A stretch of 64,000 nt of DNA, from sequence record NC_027364.1; one strand, given 5' to 3'. This document shows positions 20,149 through 30,155 of the stretch, in pieces (positions within the stretch are counted from its first letter, which is position 1; each line of letters begins with the position of its first letter). The position numbers and the translations under genes were made by a program. A model generated the notes under the pieces. That model had not been told where the DNA came from. It searched no databases and worked only from the letters and a program-made list of their open reading frames with translations.

Positions 20149-22812
20149 TTATTGAGTTTTCTCGATACGGATTGGTACGTAAATGAAGTTAATACTCTTA
20201 GTTGGTTGAATTGCAATATCCATCCAAAGTTCATTACGGTCAATACGCTCTGCGGTGTTGTTACTTTCATCACAAACCACTGCGAAGTTATAAAGACCCT
20301 GTTGTTGAACAATTTCAGCCAAGAAGCTATTAACTACACCACTAAATTCCTGACGAGTACTTGGAGTATTCAAACGGAATAGGAATGGTTCGGAAATAAT
20401 TTCTAGTTGACGACGAATATAAACAACTAAACGAGCAACGTTAACACGACTTAGTGCAGAAGTTTGATTAGCAGATAGAGTTTTATCTCCATAAACAAGC
20501 AATCCACGGTTAGGACGCATTGCAATTGGGTTAATGTTGTTAGTATACATAACGTCACGTTGACCTTGGTTGTATACTACTGGTTGATATTCACCTTCGC
20601 TGTTGATAAAACCAGTACTTGCAGCGTTTGTTACAACACCACGAGTTGTACCAGCAGGTGGATACCATACATAACTAACACTATCACTGTATGCATATGT
20701 ACGCATTGCAATAGTACTACCAGGAACTGCAACTTCTTCACCATCAACGTTAGTACTTAGACACCAACCCATATACTGAGCAGCATAATCATAAGCAGTT
20801 GTACGACCAACTGAACCGTTGCTTGGTGCATTGTTAGCATTAGTAGCCCATTGTTGTACAGCACTACCGTTTCCGGTTGGATTCAAACGTGCTGGAACGT
20901 CAGTAACAATAAATGCAGTTTCTTTACGATCAGTGTTTAAAGTTACACATTCATCAAGTGTTTCAACGTAACCAGGTACACAAATTAGGTTAAAATCAAT
21001 AAATTCAGAACGAATGTCATCATTACCAATAATAACAGCAGCTAGTGCTTCAACTACTAGTTGACGTTGTGCAGCACGACCAAATAGGCCAGCACCATCA
21101 AGACTTACACCACTAACAACTTCCCATTGACCATTAACCATTTTCTTAACAACACCTTCAGTGTTACCTAGGTCAACTGCAAGCATACCATTTTGATACA
21201 ATGCCGCAGCAGGAACTTGGCTTGGGAAATTAAAGTCTTGGAAAATCATACCATTTAGTGTACTTTGATCAGTACTGTCAAGTTTAACCCATTCACCATC
21301 AACGTTACGATAGAAATCATAACCATCAATGCCTTGAGACAAAGGACAAACCCAAATTAAACGGTCAGCCGCTGGTTCATCAACTTGTACATATTTGTTT
21401 TCTTCTTGTACTAGATCCCATTCATCATTAGCAACATCAGCAACATACATAGTTACAGTTAGATTATCGGAGTTCCCAAAATCATACCAGAGAGTTCCTT
21501 CTTTTGCTACACTACGTGGTACTGAATAACTAACACGGAAGTTATTAACGTTAATTAGAGAGTAGTTGTTACTATCTACAGTTAGTTTTTGTAGTTCAGA
21601 TTCAGCAAAAATATCATCACCACTTTGTGTGATTTTGAAACTGTAACCTTTTGTATTGGAAACAACTAAACCACCATTAGTTTCACGTTTAAATTTAAAA
21701 CCATCGTTAATAATTTCAGCATTTGCATTTAGATTATTGATGATAGTTTGGGTATTAATAACACCGCCTTGTGGAACTGCTAGTACTTTAACTGATTTAT
21801 TCAAATAAACAAAAGTCATATAACTATCAGCACCTGCTTGTTCAATAATAGTTTCACCAAGTGGCAAAGCAGGAGCACTAATTGTTGTTAGTTTTGCACT
21901 TTGAATATAGAAAGAGAAACTCTTACTATCTTCATCAAAACGAGATGCGATATAACTATTGTTTAGTACACCACTTTTCGCTTCAATTTCTTGGAATGAA
22001 TTACCAGTATATGCTGGTACAATATTCCAAACTTGAGTTAGGGATGCATAACGTTTAATAACAAAACGAGTACCAAAATAGTTTGAACCATTTTGGGTGT
22101 AACCATCACGAATCCAAATGTTACCTTTTTCTACAGTTGAGCCAACTGGAACTTTGTTAATTGGTGATAGATAAGTTTCCATTTGCACTAGCCCAGAAGC
22201 AGAACGTTTATACATTAGCATCTGACCATTGCTTGGTTTGTAACGTAGAACTAAATCATCAACATTTAAACCTACTAGACTTACATCTTCAACTTCTTCA
22301 GCACTTACAATAGTTACTGGCTTAAGTTGCCAATCATAAAAACTGCTTGGACTATCTTTCTTCGCTACATACGCTTCTACTTGTGATTGTGCGGTATCAA
22401 ACCACAAAGTACCATTGGATACTGGGCCAGTTGGTGCTTCAGCACTTGGTGCTAGTTGTGCTAGATCGATATCAGCACGAATTACATATGCACGGTTAGT
22501 AATGCCTAGATAAGAATATACTGCATGTAGGCCATATTCGTTTAGTTCATCACCTTGAACAACAGAACCGTTATTCATTTGAAAAATTGGTGTACCATAG
22601 GTATCAAGTGAGCTTTTTTGTGATGTTAGAAGCTGTAGTTTTCCAGCGTTTGCTTTAGTAGTTCCCGCAGCTATTGCACTGCTTCCTGGGACAAGTTTGT
22701 CTTCAGCAGTAGCGATTACAAATAGTGGTACAGTGCCAGGAGCAGCAGCGGTACTCATACTTTCATCAGTTACTGAAATGGAAACGCCAGGTGAGAGTAG
22801 ATCTCCTGCCAT
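20149..22812 (-). CDS. Contractile tail sheath protein (gp18-like)
   Basis: LLSPGVSISVTDES N-terminus; WYPPAG..RG, NINPI, VYGDKT, SRVNVARL, VVCDESNNT..IDRNEL..DI.IQP.KSINFI. Confidence 0.95.
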   Translation of the reverse strand: MAGDLLSPGVSISVTDESMSTAAAPGTVPLFVIATAEDKLVPGSSAIAAGTTKANAGKLQLLTSQKSSLDTYGTPIFQMNNGSVVQGDELNEYGLHAVYSYLGITNRAYVIRADIDLAQLAPSAEAPTGPVSNGTLWFDTAQSQVEAYVAKKDSPSSFYDWQLKPVTIVSAEEVEDVSLVGLNVDDLVLRYKPSNGQMLMYKRSASGLVQMETYLSPINKVPVGSTVEKGNIWIRDGYTQNGSNYFGTRFVIKRYASLTQVWNIVPAYTGNSFQEIEAKSGVLNNSYIASRFDEDSKSFSFYIQSAKLTTISAPALPLGETIIEQAGADSYMTFVYLNKSVKVLAVPQGGVINTQTIINNLNANAEIINDGFKFKRETNGGLVVSNTKGYSFKITQSGDDIFAESELQKLTVDSNNYSLINVNNFRVSYSVPRSVAKEGTLWYDFGNSDNLTVTMYVADVANDEWDLVQEENKYVQVDEPAADRLIWVCPLSQGIDGYDFYRNVDGEWVKLDSTDQSTLNGMIFQDFNFPSQVPAAALYQNGMLAVDLGNTEGVVKKMVNGQWEVVSGVSLDGAGLFGRAAQRQLVVEALAAVIIGNDDIRSEFIDFNLICVPGYVETLDECVTLNTDRKETAFIVTDVPARLNPTGNGSAVQQWATNANNAPSNGSVGRTTAYDYAAQYMGWCLSTNVDGEEVAVPGSTIAMRTYAYSDSVSYVWYPPAGTTRGVVTNAASTGFINSEGEYQPVVYNQGQRDVMYTNNINPIAMRPNRGLLVYGDKTLSANQTSALSRVNVARLVVYIRRQLEIISEPFLFRLNTPSTRQEFSGVVNSFLAEIVQQQGLYNFAVVCDESNNTAERIDRNELWMDIAIQPTKSINFIYVPIRIEKTQ

Positions 22813-22906
22813 ATTAAATCCTCCAAAAATAATTGGTTATTCGAAATATATTCGTATAGTCTTATTTATTGAAGGATTTAATTGTCCAGTCCTTATTGTT
22901 TATAAT

Positions 22907-23533
22907 TTATGTATTAGAATAAATAATGTCCATTGCTTTTTTATGTAAATCATCAATAGTACTGTTATTCTGTACAATTATATCAGGATTGTTTATGCCA
23001 ATCCAAGCCCACTCAGATTCGTGTACTGATTCTAGTTCAACTGGTTTAATATTAATATCCCCTTTATTATAAGAGGCCGCCAAACCATACCAATGTGGTA
23101 GAACACGTTGAACTTCAATAATAGTCCCATTTTGCGATCTAATCATTTTTAATTCATTTGGAAAACGGCAATCAGTGATGATGATATTTCCATCTATTTC
23201 TTGCATTGATTTTTCTAAACTGAATACCCAAATATCATTATGAAAATACTTACGCAAAATATTAGTACCATAATTCTGCAATACCCATCGAGGGGATACA
23301 TCACTACGACCTAACTTATCACACCAGTACTGGTCCGGTTCTTCACGAATCTTACGACTTTCCTTAGTTGAACCTTCAAGCATTTCACGATCCCATCCAA
23401 AAATAGCAGCAACGGAATCTTTAAGATTAGTTGCAAATGACATTCTGGTGTAACCATTATTAATAAAAGTTTCTCCAAAAGTATCTTTACCACTTCCAAT
23501 AGTACCGTTAATTGCAATTATTTGTCTTTCCAT
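22907..23533 (-). CDS. Deoxynucleoside monophosphate kinase (T4 gp1-like)
   Basis: INGTIGSGKDT, SFATNLK, PRWVLQNYGT, ITDCRFPNE, HESE. Confidence 0.9.
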   Translation of the reverse strand: MERQIIAINGTIGSGKDTFGETFINNGYTRMSFATNLKDSVAAIFGWDREMLEGSTKESRKIREEPDQYWCDKLGRSDVSPRWVLQNYGTNILRKYFHNDIWVFSLEKSMQEIDGNIIITDCRFPNELKMIRSQNGTIIEVQRVLPHWYGLAASYNKGDINIKPVELESVHESEWAWIGINNPDIIVQNNSTIDDLHKKAMDIIYSNT

Positions 23534-23551
23534 AATACTTCTCCATGTATA

Positions 23552-23821
23552 TTATATAAGTACTACTAAATCCTTTCCTACTAAACATTCAAGTAATTGA
23601 ACTATAAACTCGCTCCCATAATATATAGTAACATAAGTGATGTAGAATGTTTCTCCATTATCATCACGACATATACTCGCCCACGCGTTTATTCGATCTC
23701 TACCGAAAACATCAACGATTGATTCTTTTAAAAATTTCCAGAATTTTTCTGTTGACTCATAATCTAATGTAGGTGCACCACAACTATATTTGTTATACAT
23801 TGCATTTATGTTATTATTCAT
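23552..23821 (-). CDS. Hypothetical protein
   Basis: 89-aa ORF after a TGATATAAT -10 element. Confidence 0.6.
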   Translation of the reverse strand: MNNNINAMYNKYSCGAPTLDYESTEKFWKFLKESIVDVFGRDRINAWASICRDDNGETFYITYVTIYYGSEFIVQLLECLVGKDLVVLI

Positions 23822-23866
23822 GACAAGTTCCTTTAGATTAATAGTATCATTATATCACATAATGTG

Positions 23867-23893
23867 AAAAAGACTCCATATAGGAGTCTTTTT
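23867..23893 (-). terminator. Terminator after the neck gene
   Basis: aaaaagactcc/ggagtcttttt. Confidence 0.75.
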
Positions 23894-23897
23894 TAAT

Positions 23898-24689
23898 TTA
23901 ACCAATAATCATACCTAGTGGTTCAGCACCATCTTGATAACGTTTCAAACGCTCTTTAAGCTGTTCCTGAAGTTGTAATCCTTCATTACGTAATGTATCA
24001 CCATCCATAGAAAACGTTCCCTGTGGACCTGGAAGAGAAGCAAATTTGGCACGGTTACGACCCAACATAATCATGGCTTCAGACAATGCCCAATCACGTA
24101 GCCAAGGATAACTTTGCTGTCTTTGAAACAACAATGGTTCAGGAATATTATGATATACGTGTAATAGTACTTCTTCAGTACCGCGAATATCACGATCTAT
24201 AATTAATTTTTTGGTCATTGGGTTAAATTGAAATATAATATCACGACCAAACATACGACCTACCAGTTCTTGGAACTGAAAACTAAAATCATATGTAGTT
24301 AGATCATATCCACCTGCATTTCGTGCTGAAGTCAATAAGTAAGTGTTGGTGAATGCTAGAGAAAACGGATCTACTGAGTTCCCACTACCAGAACTTAAGT
24401 AACCATTACCATAACGATAAATCTTTTTAACAATTTCAACTTCAGTTGGTAGCATATATACAGATTGTGAATCATAAAATTTCATATTTAAAAATGCTTC
24501 TTCTTTAGAAGCAGAACTCCACGCTCTGTAATTCGATACCGCATTATCAATTGCAATTTCTAATTGACCATCAGTAATTTCTACCTCAACGGCCCCAGCA
24601 CCCAACATTTGAGTGATAACATCTTTCAGTTTTTCACGATGGTCAAAGTTAGGAGCATCAGGGTTTCCACCCATATAATCGTAAGACAT
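23898..24689 (-). CDS. Neck protein (gp13-like head-tail adaptor)
   Basis: MLGAGAVEVEITDGQL..AID.A; WLRDWAL...LGRNR.KF..LPGPQG...MDG. Likely start is MSYDY. Confidence 0.8.
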   Translation of the reverse strand: MSYDYMGGNPDAPNFDHREKLKDVITQMLGAGAVEVEITDGQLEIAIDNAVSNYRAWSSASKEEAFLNMKFYDSQSVYMLPTEVEIVKKIYRYGNGYLSSGSGNSVDPFSLAFTNTYLLTSARNAGGYDLTTYDFSFQFQELVGRMFGRDIIFQFNPMTKKLIIDRDIRGTEEVLLHVYHNIPEPLLFQRQQSYPWLRDWALSEAMIMLGRNRAKFASLPGPQGTFSMDGDTLRNEGLQLQEQLKERLKRYQDGAEPLGMIIG

Positions 24690-24739
24690 AAAAAAGCACC
24701 TCATTAATGTTTATATACATTATTTAGAGGTGCTAATAG

Positions 24740-24958
24740 TTATTTTGAATTATACAAGCAGTACAGGTATACCAATGGAGTAAAATGCTCAGAATCTATT
24801 ATATATATTAACTGAGTAACATATATTCCATATAGATCTCGTGATTTATCTCTGTACATTAACAATGATTTATTTAAGTAAGGATCAACCCAGTACTTAA
24901 TATCATTGTACTTCAACGTGTTGTTACGGTAACCTGACAGTTTCGAATTTTTATTCAA
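24740..24958 (-). CDS. Hypothetical protein
   Basis: 72-aa ORF overlapping the upstream stop codon. Confidence 0.5.
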   Translation of the reverse strand: MNKNSKLSGYRNNTLKYNDIKYWVDPYLNKSLLMYRDKSRDLYGIYVTQLIYIIDSEHFTPLVYLYCLYNSK

Positions 24959-25328
24959 TTTTCTTACAATTACTCAGTAAGTGAATGATATCATCAGCAG
25001 TGAATGGTCCCAATACCAGAACTTCTTCACCATTACCGAAAATGCTCAATGGTACTGATTGCTGACCAGCTAGATATTCAATTTGTTCCAGTTCGAAAAT
25101 GTCATCAGCAGCATAAACTACCTGCTCCATTTCATTATCTTTAATCCATGACTGCCAATGTTCTTTAAACTTCTTAGCTTCGTATTCTTGAACATAGTTA
25201 GGTGATTCAGGGTTGTATTGATGTAACATAGTCATCCCAGCCATTACTAATTCTTTAGGGGATGGTGTAGAATCTTTCAGTACTACGATAGCTTGGATAG
25301 TTTTTACTTTAACGTCATTAGCAGCCAT
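24951..25328 (-). CDS. Degenerate peptidyl-tRNA hydrolase 2 (Pth2)-like protein
   Basis: QAIVVLKD, W....EQVVYA...EL..I...A....VP and VLVLGP...I..L follow the Pth2 pattern; the DAGxT catalytic motif is absent. Confidence 0.4.
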   Translation of the reverse strand: MAANDVKVKTIQAIVVLKDSTPSPKELVMAGMTMLHQYNPESPNYVQEYEAKKFKEHWQSWIKDNEMEQVVYAADDIFELEQIEYLAGQQSVPLSIFGNGEEVLVLGPFTADDIIHLLSNCKKIE

Positions 25329-25340
25329 TATATACCTCTA

Positions 25341-25658
25341 TTATAGAATGATTTTATTCTCAGGAACGAAAACTTTTGGAGTGTTTTCGATTGCTTTAAT
25401 AGCATCAACATAAGCATCAACTAATGCAGGGTTTGCATCACTAACACTAATAATGTTGGATTTATAAAAAATAACATTTTTCTCCATACTAACAAACTCT
25501 AGATAATCACGAAGAATGATTTCACCATTTTCGTCAGTCCCTAGTTGTGCTGGGTAGTTAACTACAACAGCTTCAGCAGAATCGGTTTGAAGAACTGCTA
25601 GTACTGGGCCAATGTTATTGATGTTTAGTAGTTTAACGGTCATAGTCATTTTTGTCAA
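25341..25658 (-). CDS. Hypothetical protein
   Basis: 105-aa ORF. Confidence 0.65.
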   Translation of the reverse strand: MTKMTMTVKLLNINNIGPVLAVLQTDSAEAVVVNYPAQLGTDENGEIILRDYLEFVSMEKNVIFYKSNIISVSDANPALVDAYVDAIKAIENTPKVFVPENKIIL

Positions 25659-25668
25659 GTCCTTTTGT

Positions 25669-26145
25669 TTATTTTAGAATGTATAAGTGTTTTTCTGCAT
25701 TGACCAGTCGGTGATCAATGATTTCTTTGATAACGTTCCAGTTACCGCCGCCCAAATCGGCTCCAATTTTCGGGAAGTGTACATGAACATCTCGATCAAC
25801 TTTACAAAAATAATTTAGATGTTTGAACACATCGTCGATTGCATCATAACTGACATATTTAGCACCGTCATTACCGTACATTTTTTGGGTAATACAGTTT
25901 GCAATAATCAAATTATCGTTAATTGCTGAATATGCAATTTGTCCAATTCTAAGAAATCCCATTTCCTTTTCATATGCTTTATAATCATCATATGCCATTG
26001 GGTAACGATTTCTTAGCTCTTTTGCAAAACCTGAACCCATTTTACCCTGTGCGTTACAACCATGAGCAATTATATGTATTGCTGTTTTATCATCTGTAAC
26101 AGTACTGAATAATTCAAACAGATTACCTCGGTGTTCATGAATCAT
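25669..26145 (-). CDS. Macrodomain protein (TARG1/Poa1/DarG-like ADP-ribose hydrolase)
   Basis: GNLF, IAHGCNAQGKMGSGFA, ANCITQ, FPKIGADLGGGNW. Confidence 0.88.
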   Translation of the reverse strand: MIHEHRGNLFELFSTVTDDKTAIHIIAHGCNAQGKMGSGFAKELRNRYPMAYDDYKAYEKEMGFLRIGQIAYSAINDNLIIANCITQKMYGNDGAKYVSYDAIDDVFKHLNYFCKVDRDVHVHFPKIGADLGGGNWNVIKEIIDHRLVNAEKHLYILK

Positions 26146-26156
26146 TATATTCTCCG

Positions 26157-26186
26157 AAAAGAAAGGACTCTGTGATCAGAGTCCTT
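26157..26186 (-). terminator. Rho-independent terminator
   Basis: aaggactctg/cagagtcctt. Confidence 0.7.
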
Positions 26187-26194
26187 ATTTTAAA

Positions 26195-26452
26195 TTATTC
26201 TTCTTCACCGAAACGGATTTTCTTTAATTCTTTTCGATGCTTTCTAGCTATTGTACTTTTGTGAAGTCTATTACTGCGTTTTGTGTCTTTTGTAATGTAC
26301 CATGAATCTTCTGGTGCATCATAATCACAAAATCCATCTTCCGTAATTGTTCCTAAAAATGCAGATTTTTTAGGAATATTAGTTTGAGCTTTAGCCTGAA
26401 ATTGACCTTTTGCTAATTGTTCACGAAAACTGAGCATAATAGTATCTCCCAA
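26195..26452 (-). CDS. Hypothetical basic protein
   Basis: 85-aa ORF. Confidence 0.65.
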   Translation of the reverse strand: MGDTIMLSFREQLAKGQFQAKAQTNIPKKSAFLGTITEDGFCDYDAPEDSWYITKDTKRSNRLHKSTIARKHRKELKKIRFGEEE

Positions 26453-26483
26453 ATTGTTAAGAAGAACTTTTTGTTCTTCACAT

Positions 26484-26735
26484 TTATTTAGGGTTGCCAG
26501 AAACCTTCACATATTTGATAAATGCCAAAATATCATCTTTACTAAAAGATTTTACAATAAATTCGACAGCGGAATCATACTGTTCTTGTTTAGATAGATA
26601 TTCTTTCATCTTGTTAATTTTAATCTGGGCTTTTTCTTTAGCTATTGAAATATCAGGAATTTTGAACTCTACTCCCAACGTATCAGCTAGTTGTTTTGCA
26701 CGAGATGATACTTTTTCAATATCCATTAGTTCCAA
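26484..26735 (-). CDS. Hypothetical protein
   Basis: 83-aa ORF overlapping the glutaredoxin stop. Confidence 0.65.
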   Translation of the reverse strand: MELMDIEKVSSRAKQLADTLGVEFKIPDISIAKEKAQIKINKMKEYLSKQEQYDSAVEFIVKSFSKDDILAFIKYVKVSGNPK

Positions 26736-26974
26736 CGACCTTCTTTAAGACCTTCAATAAACCCAGTACAACCACCTGGTACATAAATGTCATTTACGAA
26801 AATTTGAGGAACTTGACGAACTGGTTCACCACAAATTTCAGACAGTTTTGAACCATCGATACCTTCAGCAACAATATCTACAAACTCCATTTCAAATTTA
26901 TTTTGTTCACATACAGCTTTTGCAGTGTCGCAAAATTTACAACCAGTCTTGCGACCATAAATTTTAACTTTCAT
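26726..26974 (-). CDS. Glutaredoxin (T4 NrdC-like)
   Basis: GCKFC active site, VPQIFV, GG. Confidence 0.92.
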   Translation of the reverse strand: MKVKIYGRKTGCKFCDTAKAVCEQNKFEMEFVDIVAEGIDGSKLSEICGEPVRQVPQIFVNDIYVPGGCTGFIEGLKEGRWN

Positions 26975-26975
26975 G

Positions 26976-27408
26976 TTATTTCCTTCTATTTCTTTGAAAA
27001 GCTTTAACAGCTTTAATAATACTGTTACACATTCGTTCAGTCAAATACTTTTGACATTCTCGTACATCAATGTACATGAACTTATCCAATTCTGGATGAC
27101 TCTTACCATATCTATTAGTGTAAGTACTTTTACAAACTAATTCATCTGGTATTGGTTTGTCTTTGGCAGTATAAAAGAAAAGTACTAACCTTTTTCCCTT
27201 TCTATAGGATACATCACCAAGAAACAGAAGATCATCTTCATCGATTTCGTATCCTGTCTCTTCGAAACATTCACGTACAGCAGCTTCTTTGAAAGTTTCA
27301 TTACCCTCAGCTTTCCCTTTAGGTAAATCCCAATGATTCTGTCCGTGTTGTATGTCCGATAAGTATCTGACCATCACGATAAAATATTATACCACAACTA
27401 TAACGCAT
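26976..27408 (-). CDS. Nudix hydrolase (apparent one-base insertion near 27345)
   Basis: Nudix box GKAEGNETFKEAAVRECFEETG. The canonical N-terminus MRYSCGIIFYRDGQILIGHTT starts at 27408 in another frame. Confidence 0.85.
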
Positions 27409-27449
27409 ATCTTATCTCTTTGTCATCAATCGATGTTCAGATACTAATA

Positions 27450-27478
27450 ATTATATCAGTTATTGGTTTTTTGTCCCA
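27450..27478 (-). promoter_or_regulatory. TGGGAC-N17-TATAAT promoter
   Basis: TGGGAC aaaaaaccaataactga TATAAT. Confidence 0.7.
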
Positions 27479-27485
27479 CTATTTT

Positions 27486-28598
27486 TTAGAACATTTGTTT
27501 GATTGCTTCGTAACGAAGTTCACAAACAAAATCACGAATTTCTGACGTTTCAAGTTCACCATCTTTGACCATTTGCTGAATATCAGGCAATTCAACATCA
27601 GTATAACGATCATAAACTTTAATAATTAGATCTTCAAGTTCTAAATCAATTTCTTTTCGCAAAATGAAGTATTCCAAAACTTTATAAAGGAATTCTTCAC
27701 CTCCGTTATTTTTAATATTCATATCCAATAAAATATTACCCATTTCAATAGGGGTCTTTTTACGGAATGTTTTGATATCATCACGGAAACGTTTGATATA
27801 ATTACTAAATTTAACATACTTAACTGGAACTTTAATAGCACCGTTAAGTACTGAATCATTATTTACTTCTTCATTTTCAAGAAGAATAGACCACAGAAAA
27901 TATGGTTTATATACATCTGTACAGTTCTCTGCAATATAATCAATAAGGTCTAAATTCTTTTTGGTCAAAGATGTATTAAACACCTTTTCGTAATAACCAA
28001 ATTTACTTAGCGTCTTAAGGAACTTTGCAGGCTTTTCTTCGGAAAATGCTTTTTCGAATTCCACAAAAACACGGTCAGGAACAAGATGATTTAACTCACC
28101 ACTATTGACCATTCCAATAGCGAGTTCCTCAGTACTTTCATGGATAGTAAAGTCAGAATAACGAGTAGCAAATCGAGCAAGACGTAACACACGTAATGGA
28201 TCTTCTTTAAAATGGTCAGAAACATGACGTAGTACCTTGTTCTTGATATCAGCTTTACCACCGTATGGATCGATATGAATTTGTAGTACTGGATCATACG
28301 AAATTGCATTTATTGTTAGGTCACGGCGATACAAATCTTGTTCGAGTGTTACGCCTTTTGTATCCACTTCAAAGCCACCATATCCAGTACCAGTTTTACG
28401 CTCAGTACGTGCCAATGCGTGCTCATTACCCTCTGGACTTAGATACACGGGAAAATCCTTACCTACTTGCTTATAACCAATACTTTGCAAGTACTTAATA
28501 TCAGATTCAGTTGCTCCGACAATGACATAATCTTTGTCTTTTGCACGAAGACCCATTAAACGGTCACGGACGTAGCCACCAACCAAATACTTTTTCAT
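27486..28598 (-). CDS. cca: tRNA nucleotidyltransferase (CCA-adding, class II)
   Basis: YLVGGYVRDRL, DKDYV, VGKDFPVY, EHALARTERKTG.GY.GF, DLYRRDLTINA, EDPLRVLRLARF; E. coli Cca-like, without the HD domain. Confidence 0.95.
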   Translation of the reverse strand: MKKYLVGGYVRDRLMGLRAKDKDYVIVGATESDIKYLQSIGYKQVGKDFPVYLSPEGNEHALARTERKTGTGYGGFEVDTKGVTLEQDLYRRDLTINAISYDPVLQIHIDPYGGKADIKNKVLRHVSDHFKEDPLRVLRLARFATRYSDFTIHESTEELAIGMVNSGELNHLVPDRVFVEFEKAFSEEKPAKFLKTLSKFGYYEKVFNTSLTKKNLDLIDYIAENCTDVYKPYFLWSILLENEEVNNDSVLNGAIKVPVKYVKFSNYIKRFRDDIKTFRKKTPIEMGNILLDMNIKNNGGEEFLYKVLEYFILRKEIDLELEDLIIKVYDRYTDVELPDIQQMVKDGELETSEIRDFVCELRYEAIKQMF

Positions 28599-28599
28599 A

Positions 28600-28722
28600 T
28601 TATTCCCCCATCAACCAATCACGCAAACGTTCCCAGAAGCCTTTAGGCTTATATTCTGGGTATTCATATTCATCAGTGCCTTGCTCGGAAACACCCCAAT
28701 CTTCTTCTAACATAGCAATCAT
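28600..28722 (-). CDS. Small hypothetical protein (40 aa, not in the ORF track)
   Basis: GGAGG SD; MIAMLEEDWG...GFWERLRDWLMGE* fills the gap exactly. Confidence 0.65.
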   Translation of the reverse strand: MIAMLEEDWGVSEQGTDEYEYPEYKPKGFWERLRDWLMGE

Positions 28723-28733
28723 AATGCCTCCAA

Positions 28734-29156
28734 TTAAATTAATCTATCACGTAGACGGTCGTAATATTTTGCATGTATATCTAGTATACACTGAAATGAT
28801 GGATAGTCAATACTAAATGTATCATCAATGAACATGTACTGATCAAGTGTTTCAGGACCATTATCAACAACTGGCAATGAACCTTCTTTTTTTGACAGTG
28901 TGTTCCACATCAACTCATATGTAGTATCGAAAATTGCGTATGTTAATTCTATCTTACTTTTTCTAAGTGTAATTAATAATTCATCATTCTCTACTAACGA
29001 GTTTCGTATTTTTATACGTACAGTACCCTGAAATTTATTAGTGGTTAGTACTCTATATTGATTATACGAAATTATGCCTCGTATTTCAGTACTGATTTCT
29101 TGTTCAGAAAAGAACCTTAATGTATTGTGGAAATTTGGTATTTTACGAATGTCCAT
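28734..29156 (-). CDS. Hypothetical protein (FIDDTF family)
   Basis: C-terminal QYMFIDDTFSIDY. Confidence 0.7.
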   Translation of the reverse strand: MDIRKIPNFHNTLRFFSEQEISTEIRGIISYNQYRVLTTNKFQGTVRIKIRNSLVENDELLITLRKSKIELTYAIFDTTYELMWNTLSKKEGSLPVVDNGPETLDQYMFIDDTFSIDYPSFQCILDIHAKYYDRLRDRLI

Positions 29157-29556
29157 TCAAACTCCTTTCGTATATATGGTATACGTTCATTATACTATTA
29201 TATAGATCAAAGTCAAATCCAAATGTGTCATCAATGAACTGATATTGCAGATATTCTTCATATGAAGCATCAATTGGTAATGATCCAGAACGAATATCAT
29301 CTGATTTAAAATCGTCAATGTATCTTAATGTTATGTCTTCATCAACCGTGATATCTATCATCAACGTATCGTCACTGTACCATAGGTTGTGTATACGGAT
29401 GTAAAGTCTCTTAGTACGATTAAAACTAGATACATTGGTATTGCGATGGAGTTTATCTAAGTTGAAGTAAAAACCAGACTCGTTCTTACTTATGTTTTTC
29501 ATATGTTCTGCAATCGAATTAATTATATAATCAATGTTGAATGTTCTCATAAACAA
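29143..29556 (-). CDS. Hypothetical protein (FIDDTF family)
   Basis: C-terminal QYQFIDDTFGFDF. Confidence 0.7.
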   Translation of the reverse strand: MFMRTFNIDYIINSIAEHMKNISKNESGFYFNLDKLHRNTNVSSFNRTKRLYIRIHNLWYSDDTLMIDITVDEDITLRYIDDFKSDDIRSGSLPIDASYEEYLQYQFIDDTFGFDFDLYNSIMNVYHIYERSLNGHS

Positions 29557-29732
29557 ATCTCATATCGATTAGTGTTTGGATCATAGCAATAATTATCATT
29601 AACTTTAACACCAGGTTTAAGTGTTATTGTTGTTCCTACTTCAGTACTGGGTTCTGCATCACAATAAATCATCACACCAACCCCGACTAGTAAGGATATG
29701 ATACATATAACTATACATATTGTATATTCCAT
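29547..29732 (-). CDS. Small membrane protein
   Basis: N-terminal hydrophobic helix. Confidence 0.65.
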   Translation of the reverse strand: MEYTICIVICIISLLVGVGVMIYCDAEPSTEVGTTITLKPGVKVNDNYCYDPNTNRYEICL

Positions 29733-29745
29733 AAATTTATCTCCA

Positions 29746-30141
29746 TTATAAAAAGTAATTATACAGTTTATTGTACAATATAAAAAGGTCTTTCACATTA
29801 TCATAAGTAATATCAGATACATCATGAATTAATGATAACTGAAAAAATGAAGCTTCGTCTATTTCTGCTGGAATTATAACATCACCATCGTCTTCGTCCA
29901 TTTTATTGGTGTAGTATTTTATGTGATCTACATTCAACTCAATAGAGAACGCAATGTTGGTTTTTGTATAATCTTCAATTAATCCAATATATTGAGATTT
30001 TTCATTAATAAAAAATCCAATCCCAACACAACGGTTATCTGGATATGGATAGTACCATCTATTAATAACTAAGTGTTCAGGTAAGTCCATATCATGTGTT
30101 GATATTAGAGATTTTACAATTTCCATCCAGGAATAATTCAT
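29746..30141 (-). CDS. Hypothetical protein
   Basis: C-terminal DEASFFQLSLIHD motif. Confidence 0.7.
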   Translation of the reverse strand: MNYSWMEIVKSLISTHDMDLPEHLVINRWYYPYPDNRCVGIGFFINEKSQYIGLIEDYTKTNIAFSIELNVDHIKYYTNKMDEDDGDVIIPAEIDEASFFQLSLIHDVSDITYDNVKDLFILYNKLYNYFL

Positions 30142-30155
30142 AATTAAAACTCCAT

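Noticed and set aside
27486-28598. tRNA genes expected near cca
   Set aside because: I found no cloverleaf with TTCG/GTTCRA T-loop and matching acceptor stem in this window.
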